This document shows, piece by piece, positions 1-8,241 of a stretch of DNA of 40,511 nt. How positions within the stretch are numbered: the first letter of the stretch is position 1; each line of letters begins with the position of its first letter. The notes beneath the pieces were generated by a model that searched no databases, was not told the DNA's origin, and saw only the letters and a list, made by a program, of their open reading frames with translations. The DNA is from Candidatus Woesearchaeota archaeon (GTDB lineage: Archaea; Nanobdellota; Nanobdellia; Woesearchaeales; WJKL01), in the NCBI GenBank assembly GCA_018221125.1, contig JAAOYC010000018.1, positions 1 through 40,511 on the forward strand, in the 5' to 3' direction. The translations under genes and the position numbers were made by a program.

Positions 1-89
1 CTTTCATCCTCAAGAATTATTTCTCCCCCTTCTCCACTACTTGCATAAGTCTTCTTTTTGGCTTTAACTAGAAATTGTTTTAATTCCAT
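1..89 (-). CDS. hypothetical protein, N-terminal fragment running off the left edge
   Basis: Minus-strand ATG at 87-89, 1 nt after the stop of the upstream GTPase gene. The frame MELKQFLVKAKKKTYASSGEGGEIILEDE... stays open to position 1. It is missing from the ORF track because it is truncated. Confidence 0.4.
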   Translation of the reverse strand, partial: MELKQFLVKAKKKTYASSGEGGEIILEDE

Positions 90-90
90 T

Positions 91-1290
91 TTATTTACTT
101 GAAATAATTTCAATAACATCACGATGCTTCAAAGGATGCTCTTTTCCAACGACCATCTTTGTTCTTACGTCTATTGCTCTTATGAATCCATCTCCTAAAT
201 CTGTATGTAAAGAGTAAGCAAAGTCTAGTGCTGTTGATTTTTTAGGCAATAAGAAGCAGTCTGGCAAAACATTGCCATCTTTGTCTTCCAGCTTGTTAAC
301 TCCTCCTGGGAAGATTGCAATGTATTTCAAAAGATTGAATACAGCATCATCCAGAACTTGCTGCACTCCTGTTGAACCAAATTTTTTCAGGATATTCTCT
401 TTTATAAATTCCAGGGCTTTTTGCTGCTGTTCAGAAAGTCCGTCTTGTTTTAGTATTTCAAAATCATCATTTCCAGGAGTGTATTTGATCAAATCATGTT
501 TTGCAGCTTCTTTTAATGCAAGCTCTGATTCTGCTGAGCAAGCTATCATCATATAATCAGGAAATTCATTTTGCAGTTTAGCAAAGTTTTCAGCTGCTCC
601 TGGAACATCTACTTTGTTTGCAGCTATTATCATTGGCTTTGTGATCTTTCTTAATTTAGAAGCCATCTGTTTTAGATTATCTTCTGTCCATTCTGACGGC
701 TTTTCTTTGTTCAATCCTAAATCTTTAATTACATCTTCAATCATCACTTCTGTTACTCTTAAGAATGATAATTGTTTTGCTAAAGCTTGTTTTATTTCTT
801 TGTTTTCCTGCTGTATCTGTCTTGCAAATTTTTCCCAACCTTTTGTTATGTTTCTGAAATACCACATATCTAGTTCTACTTCAAGAAATTTAACATCTTC
901 TGATGGATTATAAGATAAAGGTTCAACAGGTTCTCCTTTTTCATTTACACTTCCTGAAACATCAATTACATGAATCAATACATCTGCCTGATTTAGGTCA
1001 TCAAGGAACTCGTTGCCACGTCCCTGCCCTTTGTGTGCTCCTGGAACTAGTCCAGCAACATCCAGCAAATCAACTGGAACAAATCTTATTCCGTCTATAC
1101 AATATCCAAATCTTGGATTGCATTTTACATTAAAGTCCTTGTCAGCGCATTCTACTTTAACATAGCCAACTCCATGATTTGCCTTAATTGTTGTAAATGG
1201 ATAATTAGCTATTTCAGCTTCTGCCAATGTGGCTGCTTTGAAAAATGTACTTTTTCCACAACTGGGTTTGCCCACAATTCCAACTAACAT
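91..1290 (-). CDS. Obg/YchF-like GTPase with C-terminal TGS domain
   Basis: P-loop GKPSCGKST, a G2-like YPFTT, DVAGLV (G3), NKVD (G4) and a TGS-like C-terminus (FIRAIDVRTKMVVGKEHPLKHRDVIEI). Confidence 0.85.
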   Translation of the reverse strand: MLVGIVGKPSCGKSTFFKAATLAEAEIANYPFTTIKANHGVGYVKVECADKDFNVKCNPRFGYCIDGIRFVPVDLLDVAGLVPGAHKGQGRGNEFLDDLNQADVLIHVIDVSGSVNEKGEPVEPLSYNPSEDVKFLEVELDMWYFRNITKGWEKFARQIQQENKEIKQALAKQLSFLRVTEVMIEDVIKDLGLNKEKPSEWTEDNLKQMASKLRKITKPMIIAANKVDVPGAAENFAKLQNEFPDYMMIACSAESELALKEAAKHDLIKYTPGNDDFEILKQDGLSEQQQKALEFIKENILKKFGSTGVQQVLDDAVFNLLKYIAIFPGGVNKLEDKDGNVLPDCFLLPKKSTALDFAYSLHTDLGDGFIRAIDVRTKMVVGKEHPLKHRDVIEIISSK

Positions 1291-1344
1291 TTTTTTAAGT
1301 AAAAGAAGTACCTTTAAATAGTTTGTTTTTTTCCTGTTTTCAGC

Positions 1345-2031
1345 ATGTTAAAGGCTGATTTTCATATACATACTAAGGAAGAGAGATACGATTATTGGAT
1401 AAGGTACTCTGCAAAGGATTTGATTAATCATGCTTCTAAGATTGGATATGAAGTTTTGGCAATAACAAATCATGGTTTATTTACTTATAATCAGGGATTA
1501 GCTGATTATGCTAAGGAAAAAGGCATATTATTGATACCAGGTATTGAAGCTTTTGTTGGAAAAAAGCATGTGATAATCCTTAATGCAACAAAGGATGCTG
1601 AAAAAATAAGAACCTTTTCTGAGCTTAGAGAATACAAAAAAAGAAATCCAAATGCTTTTGTTTTAGCACCTCATCCTTATTATCCAAGACATAATTGCTT
1701 GCGTAAAAAACTCCTTGAGAATATTGATGTTTTTGATGGTGTTGAATACTGCCATTATTACTGCAGATATCATAATCCTTATAATAAAAAAGCAGTTAAA
1801 ACTGCAAAAAAACATGGCAAGCCTTTGATAGGAACTTCTGATGCGCACAGGCTTTTTCAGTTTAATAATACTTATTCTATTGTTGATGCTGACAAGAATG
1901 TAGACTCTATTGTCAAAGCTCTTAGGGAAAATAGAGTCCAGATAAAAACAAAGCCGTTATCTGTTATTAATTGCACAAGAGCAATAATCCCTATGATGCT
2001 GCATAAAATTATCAAAAAGAAACCAATGTGA
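1345..2031 (+). CDS. PHP-domain metal-dependent phosphoesterase
   Basis: N-terminal DFHIHT motif, ITNHG, and later APHPY and SDAH histidine motifs typical of PHP domains. Confidence 0.75.
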   Translation: MLKADFHIHTKEERYDYWIRYSAKDLINHASKIGYEVLAITNHGLFTYNQGLADYAKEKGILLIPGIEAFVGKKHVIILNATKDAEKIRTFSELREYKKRNPNAFVLAPHPYYPRHNCLRKKLLENIDVFDGVEYCHYYCRYHNPYNKKAVKTAKKHGKPLIGTSDAHRLFQFNNTYSIVDADKNVDSIVKALRENRVQIKTKPLSVINCTRAIIPMMLHKIIKKKPM

Positions 2032-2073
2032 GCATAGAAAAGTTTATAAAAGAAGTTTTCTATTTTTATTGAT

Positions 2074-2700
2074 ATGCCCATCAAGAAACTTCAAAACTCT
2101 ATACCTGCTGCAAAGTTCAGGGTCAAATATAAAGATATTTTTAATTTAAAGGAATTCTATAGGGCTTTACATGAATGGCTTGTTGAATTTGGCTGGAGTT
2201 CTGTCGACTCTCTTGGGAATATTGAAGGACAGGACCACTGGGAAACCTATTATATTGAAAGGACAGAAACAAACGGCATGAAGGAGATGTATTGGTGGTG
2301 GAGACTGCAGAAACTTCCTATAATCAACAGTTATTATAAATTTCATCTTGATCTTGATTTTCATCCTTTAGGGATAAGTGACACAGAAGTCATGAGAGAT
2401 GGAAAAAAATTCAAAGTGCACAAAGGAGAAGTAGAAGTCAAGGTCTATGCTTACATAGAATTTGATTATAGGGGAGAATGGAGCACCCATCCATTCTTGA
2501 AATATTTTAATAAAATTTTTCCAAGCCGGATATTTAGGAAAGAGCTTTATGAGCACCATAAACTAGAACTTTATAGAGAGGCTTATACATTGCAGGCTTA
2601 TATGAAAAAATGGTTTAAACTAAAGAGTTTCTTGCCTTATGAGGAGATAACACCATTTTATCCTTCGCATGCATTCCCTAAGTGGAAGAAGGAATCTTAA
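2074..2700 (+). CDS. hypothetical protein (Trp/Tyr-rich)
   Basis: Long ORF filling the gap between neighbouring genes. No motif recognised. Confidence 0.55.
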   Translation: MPIKKLQNSIPAAKFRVKYKDIFNLKEFYRALHEWLVEFGWSSVDSLGNIEGQDHWETYYIERTETNGMKEMYWWWRLQKLPIINSYYKFHLDLDFHPLGISDTEVMRDGKKFKVHKGEVEVKVYAYIEFDYRGEWSTHPFLKYFNKIFPSRIFRKELYEHHKLELYREAYTLQAYMKKWFKLKSFLPYEEITPFYPSHAFPKWKKES

Positions 2701-2792
2701 TAGCAACCTTTTTAAATATTCTTTTTATTCTTTTGGTTATTGTTTTGGAAACTAAAACAAATACTCAAAAAGCTTCGCTTCTTTGAGATATT

Positions 2793-2887
2793 GCCTCCGT
2801 AGCTCAGCGGCCAGAGCGGTTGCCTTGTAACTGGTTACAACTGGTTAAGTAAGCAGCAGGTCAGGGGTTCAAATCCCTTCGGAGGCT
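2793..2887 (+). tRNA. tRNA-Thr(UGU) with a 22-nt intron at the canonical 37/38 position
   Basis: Folded by hand. Acceptor GCCTCCG/CGGAGGC, D stem GCTC/GAGC, anticodon stem GTTGC/GCAGC (one G-U), loop CT-TGT-A[intron 2830-2851]A, T arm AGGGG-TTCAAAT-CCCTT. A T-run follows the 3' end. Confidence 0.85.
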
Positions 2888-2898
2888 TTTTCAAAAGT

Positions 2899-2938
2899 TT
2901 AAAAGCCCAGTAAATCCTGGATTTACGCTGGCTTTTAA
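2899..2938 (+). terminator. long imperfect hairpin downstream of tRNA-Thr
   Basis: TTAAAAGCC...TAAATCC / GGATTTA...GGCTTTTAA arms follow the TTTTT run after the tRNA. The function is inferred. Confidence 0.3.
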
Positions 2939-2962
2939 ATTTCAAAAATTTTAGGGGAAAAG

Positions 2963-3421
2963 ATGGGATTAAAAGAAAAATATCAAAAATTGAGTAAGGA
3001 ACATAAACTTCCTTCTTTTGAAGAATTAGACAAGGAGTTTGAGATAAGCAAAATAGAAGATGAGAAATTTTTATTAAGAGAAGTCAGAAGGAAAATTATA
3101 GAAAAAATAGAGCTTTATGCTAAATTTCTTGAAGAAATACTGAATCCAGACACAACAATATCTAATATGCATGAAGCTAAAATATTCAATGAAGAAGAAA
3201 GAGAGAGAATTTTTGAATTTTACAAGAAGCTTATGTATTATGATAGATTATCAATAGAAGTATCTATTGATGAAGATGACAGCAAAAGCAGTGATTATAT
3301 CACTGGATTTTACAAAGAGTGGAGTGAGTTAAAAAAAGAATTCTCTAATTTTGTAAAGAAAGCAAAAGAAAGCTGGCTTAAAGACAGCAATATAAAACAA
3401 GAATCAGGTTATATGGGATAA
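2963..3421 (+). CDS. hypothetical protein (Glu/Lys-rich, helical)
   Basis: ORF preceded by a purine-rich GGGGAAAAG stretch. No motif recognised. Confidence 0.55.
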   Translation: MGLKEKYQKLSKEHKLPSFEELDKEFEISKIEDEKFLLREVRRKIIEKIELYAKFLEEILNPDTTISNMHEAKIFNEEERERIFEFYKKLMYYDRLSIEVSIDEDDSKSSDYITGFYKEWSELKKEFSNFVKKAKESWLKDSNIKQESGYMG

Positions 3422-3436
3422 CGAGGTGTATATAGA

Positions 3437-4081
3437 ATGAAACTTATTTTTTTAGGCCCTCCTGGAGCAGGGAAAGGAACTTATTCTCAGGCTTTAGTTG
3501 AAGAGCTAGGAATTGTGCAGATATCTACAGGAGATTTGTTAAGAGGGGCAATAAAAGAAGGGACAGAACTAGGGTTGAAGGCAAAAGAGTATATGGATGC
3601 AGGAAATCTTGTTCCAGATGATATTGTTATTGGACTGCTTAAGAAAAGAATTGAAAAAGAAGACTGTAAAAATGGATTTATTCTTGATGGTTTTCCTAGA
3701 ACAGTGCCTCAAGCAGAGGCTTTGGAAGAGTCTGGGATAAAAATAGACAAAGTAATAAATTTTACAGTTACTGATGAATTGATTATCCATAGGCTTTCTG
3801 GAAGAAGGATATGCAGCAAATGCAATGCGGTATATAATATCAATGAAGGTTGTGTTCCCCAGCCAGAAGATAAAAGCAAATGTGATGATTGCGGAGGAGA
3901 GCTTATTCAAAGAGATGATGATAAGCCAGAAGTGATAAAGACCAGGCTTGAGGATTATAAGCAAAAGACAGAACCTTTGATTGATTTCTACAAGGAGAAA
4001 GGAAGATTTGCTGAAGTCAATTCAACACAAGAAGTAGAAAAAATCCTGGATGATATAAGGGAAGTGCTTAAGGAGATTTAA
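3437..4081 (+). CDS. adk: adenylate kinase, long-lid type with a four-Cys zinc lid
   Basis: P-loop GPPGAGKGT, ISTGDLLR, GFILDGFPRT, and lid CSKC...CDDCGG. SD GAGGTG lies upstream. Confidence 0.95.
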   Translation: MKLIFLGPPGAGKGTYSQALVEELGIVQISTGDLLRGAIKEGTELGLKAKEYMDAGNLVPDDIVIGLLKKRIEKEDCKNGFILDGFPRTVPQAEALEESGIKIDKVINFTVTDELIIHRLSGRRICSKCNAVYNINEGCVPQPEDKSKCDDCGGELIQRDDDKPEVIKTRLEDYKQKTEPLIDFYKEKGRFAEVNSTQEVEKILDDIREVLKEI

Positions 4082-5078
4082 ATAAATAATCAATAATTGT
4101 GGTTGCATAACTTCCTTTTTTTAGAGAAAAAGAAATTATTGCTTTGAATCTGTTTTTATTTAATTTATCTTCCGATATTGATATTTCTAAGTTTTCAGGC
4201 TTAACAAATAAATCTCTTTCTGTTCCTTCTGAGCTTAGCTCTTTTACCTGAGGCAAAATAAAATCTCTTATGGAGATTTCTTCTTTGTCCAGAATATCTA
4301 TAATTATTTTCTTTAAATCAGAATCCTGGATGTTTTCTATTTCTGTTCCAAAGCCAATGATAGGGATTTTAATATTTTTATAAGAGCCTGTTTCAAGATA
4401 TGCTTCAACTGTTTTATTCCAGAGCAGGCTTTGATAAGCATGAATATAGATTTTTCTTGTTTTTAGGGGCAACTGTCTTAATGCTCCAATCAAATCAAGA
4501 GGGTTTTTTTCCAGAGATTCTTTGACTTCTTCCTGGTTTATCAAATCAATAGCTTTTTGAAAATTTCTTTTTACTAAGAATTTTCCTACCTCAGCATTGT
4601 TTTTAGAGAATCTTTGCGGTCCGAAGAGGTTTGGAATTAAATCTCTTTTTTTGATTCTTCTTCGAAGTTCTCTTGGAACTTCCAAGCCTTTCTCACTTTC
4701 GTTCGAAAGTTTAGTCTTGAGATTTCTTACTACAATCACAAATTCATTTCCTTTTAAATCTCCAAGAGAGATAGGATCTTTTCCTTTACCAATATATTCT
4801 AACTTGATGTCTTTTAATTTTATAGATTCAACTTTTTCTTTCTCTACTGATTTTATAGAAATTGTCTGTTTTGTTATTGCATTCTTGTCTTTTGTTCCTG
4901 CAAAACCAACTTTCTTTAATGGTATGTTTAGTCTTAATGCAATTCTTTTTATTGCATCTATTGTGTTATAATTTATCTTAGTTAACCAGAAATAAGAATA
5001 TTCTCCATTTTCATCTAATTCATGCCAAGGAATCTCTTTTACAATAAAATCTTCTGGTTTTTGTTTTATTTTATACAT
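4068..5078 (-). CDS. truD: tRNA pseudouridine(13) synthase TruD
   Basis: N-terminal KQKPEDFIVKEI and the catalytic FAGTKDKNAITKQ motif. I prefer the MYKIKQ start at 5078 over the track start at 5111. The 3' end overlaps adk convergently by 14 nt. Confidence 0.85.
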   Translation of the reverse strand: MYKIKQKPEDFIVKEIPWHELDENGEYSYFWLTKINYNTIDAIKRIALRLNIPLKKVGFAGTKDKNAITKQTISIKSVEKEKVESIKLKDIKLEYIGKGKDPISLGDLKGNEFVIVVRNLKTKLSNESEKGLEVPRELRRRIKKRDLIPNLFGPQRFSKNNAEVGKFLVKRNFQKAIDLINQEEVKESLEKNPLDLIGALRQLPLKTRKIYIHAYQSLLWNKTVEAYLETGSYKNIKIPIIGFGTEIENIQDSDLKKIIIDILDKEEISIRDFILPQVKELSSEGTERDLFVKPENLEISISEDKLNKNRFKAIISFSLKKGSYATTIIDYLFKSP

Positions 5079-5223
5079 AATATATTGGAATACGGAAAGT
5101 TTTAAAAACATTATTGAATAAATTTTAGTATCAATCTATTTTTTCTTAGTTTTCGTAATATAGTAAATCAACTATAAAATAATGATTTTCTTAGTGAAGA
5201 GACAGAACATTCGTTCTGAGTAC

Positions 5224-5260
5224 CACTGGTCACTGGACATGCCTCCGTAAGGTATTTAAA
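5224..5260 (+). promoter_or_regulatory. 16-nt box copy A (5224-5239) plus TATA-like TATTTAAA (5253-5260)
   Basis: Exact CACTGGTCACTGGACA, then a 13-nt spacer and a TATA octamer. The LAGLIDADG gene ATG lies 50 nt after the TATA start. Confidence 0.6.
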
Positions 5261-5302
5261 TAATAAAATCAATAGATAATTAATAAAGGATTCTTTGATA
5301 AA

Positions 5303-6262
5303 ATGAAAACTCACGAAATTCCAGATTTTCCTAAAATTAAGATCAATAATTATATATCTAAGCTTTCAAATAAAATAAGGATTATTCTGGAGAAAGACCT
5401 TTTTTCAAGTCTAATTAATGAGCCTATTTTAGAAAATATTGCTTTAAATTTGAATTTTCAAAAAGCTTCTTTGAAAAAATATATAAGATATAGAAAATAT
5501 CCTATTTTCTTTCTAAAGGAATTAAATAAACAAATAGATAAAGATGTATTTAATCTGATAGAGCAAAACAATCCCCTCTTTTTTTCTAAATGGAAATTAA
5601 TCAATCTTCCTAATTTTATAAATCCAAAATTAGCTTATTTTGTCGGATATTTACAGGGTGATGGATGTATTGAAAGCAACAAAAGAAGAATAGATTTTAC
5701 TGATGAATATTTGGAACAAATAGAACAAATAAATAAAATATGTTTTGATTTGTTTAATACTTATGGAAGAATTGAAGGAAAACACACAACGATAAGTAAA
5801 AAGGAAGTATATAGATTAGAAGTTGGAAGTTTGGTTCTAAATTCATATTTACATAAAATTTTTGGCATTAATAGAGGAGTAAAAATAAATTTAAAAATTC
5901 CGCAGATATTTACGAAACATAATGAGATACTCAAATGGTATCTTAAGGGATTGTTCGATGCTGATGGAACTTTGCCTAAAAATCCGGATAAATGCAAACA
6001 ATTTTTTATAGATGTTACTTTTAAAGATAAAGAATTTATTGAACAAATTAAGGAAAAATTAGGATTATTTGGAATAAAAACTTTAAAACCCTACTGTAGA
6101 ATTGCAAAATCTCCTACTTCTGATTTTATCTCAAAAACATGGGAATTAAGAATAAGGAAAAAAGAAGATATGGTAAAGTTTTTAAAAGAAATTAGCTTTT
6201 TTCATCCTAATAAAAAAAGAAGGGCAAAAAGGCTCTTGGATTATATTGCGCCTGTGGTGTAG
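5303..6262 (+). CDS. double-motif LAGLIDADG homing-endonuclease family protein with a ~100-aa N-terminal extension
   Basis: Motif 1 LAYFVGYLQGDGCI and motif 2 LKWYLKGLFDADGTL, both keeping the acidic residue. The C-terminus resembles that of the 35349..36071 protein. The last 15 nt overlap tRNA-Arg. Confidence 0.85.
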   Translation: MKTHEIPDFPKIKINNYISKLSNKIRIILEKDLFSSLINEPILENIALNLNFQKASLKKYIRYRKYPIFFLKELNKQIDKDVFNLIEQNNPLFFSKWKLINLPNFINPKLAYFVGYLQGDGCIESNKRRIDFTDEYLEQIEQINKICFDLFNTYGRIEGKHTTISKKEVYRLEVGSLVLNSYLHKIFGINRGVKINLKIPQIFTKHNEILKWYLKGLFDADGTLPKNPDKCKQFFIDVTFKDKEFIEQIKEKLGLFGIKTLKPYCRIAKSPTSDFISKTWELRIRKKEDMVKFLKEISFFHPNKKRRAKRLLDYIAPVV

Positions 6263-6338
6263 TCTGGATAACACAAGTGCCTCCTATTCTTTTTAAGAAG
6301 TAAGCACTAGATCGAGAGTTCGAATCTCTCCAGGCGCG
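6248..6338 (+). tRNA. tRNA-Arg(CCU) with a 16-nt intron at 37/38
   Basis: Acceptor GCGCCTG/CAGGCGC, D stem GTGT/ACAC, anticodon stem AGTGC/GCACT, loop CT-CCT-A[intron 6287-6302]A, T arm GAGAG-TTCGAAT-CTCTC. All stems are Watson-Crick. Confidence 0.85.
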
Positions 6339-6339
6339 T

Positions 6340-7047
6340 TTATTTCCATCTTTTTCTTGTTTTTCCTTTCGGATTTAAGACATGTATAGAATCTTCAATA
6401 AAACATTTGATATATCCTTCTTCCTTAAATCTTCTCATTGAAGTGTAAAGACAAGATTCTGTTATGAATCTGTATTTTCCCTTCTTTTTCATTCTTGTTA
6501 ATAAATCAACATCTTCCATTACTTGTAAATCTGTTCTATACAAAGTTCCATCTGGATTTTGCACTTTTTGTGCAAGTTCTTTTGTTAAATAAGTAAATGC
6601 TCCTGCTCCTGAGTCTATCCATGACCAAACACTGGTAAGTCTACTCAATAATTCAGAATATAAAGAAAATATTTTTGCTCTTAATCTTTTATCATCTAGA
6701 GATCTTATCTTTGCTTTGCCACAATCATAGCCTTTTTTAAGTGAATCATAGACTGCTTCAAGTAGATTTTCTTCCATCTGACTATCAGCATCCATGAAAG
6801 AACAAATATAACCTTTGGAATTTTGAAAACCAATATTTTTTGCAAAGGAAATCCCTTGTTCAGGAACTTCAAGAACAGTTGTTGCAAACTCTCTTGCTAC
6901 TTTTACAGTATCATCTGAGCATGCGTTAGCAACTACAATTGTTTCTAATCTGTCATATGTCTGTCTTTGTGCAGATTTTAAGGCCTCTGCTATGTAATCT
7001 CTTTCATTATATGCTGGAATTATTATTGAAATTAATGGTTCCTCCAT
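6340..7047 (-). CDS. family 2 glycosyltransferase
   Basis: N-terminal ISIIIPAYNE, a DD motif (CSDDT) and a later DAD (FMDADS), typical of the GT-A/GT2 fold. Confidence 0.85.
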   Translation of the reverse strand: MEEPLISIIIPAYNERDYIAEALKSAQRQTYDRLETIVVANACSDDTVKVAREFATTVLEVPEQGISFAKNIGFQNSKGYICSFMDADSQMEENLLEAVYDSLKKGYDCGKAKIRSLDDKRLRAKIFSLYSELLSRLTSVWSWIDSGAGAFTYLTKELAQKVQNPDGTLYRTDLQVMEDVDLLTRMKKKGKYRFITESCLYTSMRRFKEEGYIKCFIEDSIHVLNPKGKTRKRWK

Positions 7048-7127
7048 ACTTAAGATTTAAGGAATGCACTTTATAAACCTGGGGCTTTTTAGCAACTTTT
7101 AAATAAATCAATATTATCGATAAAATT

Positions 7128-8219
7128 ATGATAAATTTAACATGTGTATCAGAAGCTTGGAGAATTTTTAATAGAAGCAGATATGTAAAAAAGCAGGGTG
7201 TTAAGAAATACAAAGGAAATGCTGATGCTATCTGCAAACAGATAGTCAAAGACTGCTGGAATGGAAGGTATTTTCAAGTTAGCTCTGGGCATTTCTGTCA
7301 ATTTTATATGAGAGATTTTGGATGGTGTATTGATTCTTTGCTGAAATTAGGTTATAAGAAAGAGGTTCACAAGACTCTTGCTTATGCATTGAGTGTTTAT
7401 TCTAAGAAAGAATTAAAGACAACAATAACTCCAAATGGAAAAACTGTTGATGTATTTGCATATGCTCCTGATACACTTGCTTATCTGATTAGAAGCCTAA
7501 GGGTTTCAGAAGCTCATGATTTGGTTTTAAAGCACAGGGATTTTTTAATCAAAGAAATTGATAAATTTCATAAGTTAGTTATTGATGAGAAAACTGGATT
7601 AGTAAGGATAGACAGGCATTTCAGCAGCATGAAAGATGAATCTAAGAGAAAAAGTTCTTGTTATGATAATATTATGGCTGCAATGCTTAGCAATGAACTT
7701 AATAAGCTAAAATTGTATAATCCTTTGAAGAAATATGATTTTAAGAAGATAATCAAGCATATGTTCTGGACTGGAAATTATTTTACAGATGATCTAAGAG
7801 GAAATAAAGAGATTGTAACAGGAGACAGCAATATAATCCCATTTTGGACAGGTGTTTTTACAGACAAAGCAATGCTGAAGAAAGCAGTTGAGCAGATACA
7901 GTTGAATAACCTGGATGAGCCATTTCCATTAAAATATACAGATAAGAAACACAAACATCATAAGATGCTTTTTATTGAAAAATTTGTTCCAAATTATGAA
8001 GGAAATGCTGTTTGGATGCATATGGGTGGTTTGTATGTACAATTAGTAAAACAAATAGACCCGAAAAAAGCAGTAGAATATAAAAGAAAGTATAAAGAGA
8101 TAATAGAGAAGTATCATAATTTTCTGGAAGTGTTTGATTCTAATGGAAAGCCTTTCAAAAGCAGGTTTTATTATGCTGATGAAGGGATGTTGTGGGCTTC
8201 TAACTACTTAACATTATAA
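7128..8219 (+). CDS. hypothetical protein, possibly an (alpha/alpha)6-barrel glycoside-hydrolase-like protein
   Basis: Long ORF. FYMRDFGW and WMHMGG segments resemble GH15/GH63-like barrels. This is weak and by eye only. Confidence 0.5.
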   Translation: MINLTCVSEAWRIFNRSRYVKKQGVKKYKGNADAICKQIVKDCWNGRYFQVSSGHFCQFYMRDFGWCIDSLLKLGYKKEVHKTLAYALSVYSKKELKTTITPNGKTVDVFAYAPDTLAYLIRSLRVSEAHDLVLKHRDFLIKEIDKFHKLVIDEKTGLVRIDRHFSSMKDESKRKSSCYDNIMAAMLSNELNKLKLYNPLKKYDFKKIIKHMFWTGNYFTDDLRGNKEIVTGDSNIIPFWTGVFTDKAMLKKAVEQIQLNNLDEPFPLKYTDKKHKHHKMLFIEKFVPNYEGNAVWMHMGGLYVQLVKQIDPKKAVEYKRKYKEIIEKYHNFLEVFDSNGKPFKSRFYYADEGMLWASNYLTL

Positions 8220-8241
8220 AATAAAAAGAAATAAAAAAATC

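Noticed and set aside
272-1133. Three plus-strand ORFs (272..556, 614..913, 903..1133) from the track
   Set aside because: They lie wholly antisense inside the well-supported GTPase gene and have low-complexity Ser/Phe/Cys-rich translations. They are shadow ORFs.
2830-2851. The tRNA-Thr intron contains a direct repeat AACTGGTTA-C-AACTGGTTA that resembles the CACTGG-T-CACTGG box
   Set aside because: Only the pentamer ACTGG and a following AAGTA are shared, and the repeat spacing differs (10 versus 7 nt). The intron repeat is probably related to helix formation for splicing. This is too weak to link to the regulon.
5183-5220. Possible C/D-box sRNA (AATGATT ... GTGAAGA ... CTGA) upstream of the first LAGLIDADG gene
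   Set aside because: The C box is degenerate, there is no D' box, and the spacing is wrong. The 6-bp hairpin CAGAAC/GTTCTG is the only real structure.
5241-5250. GCCTCCGTAA after box copy A matches the first 9 nt of tRNA-Thr (GCCTCCGTA), hinting at a tRNA fragment or target-site duplication
   Set aside because: The match ends after 9-10 nt and nothing tRNA-like follows. A related CCTCCATAA occurs after box copy E, so it is more likely part of the extended promoter motif.
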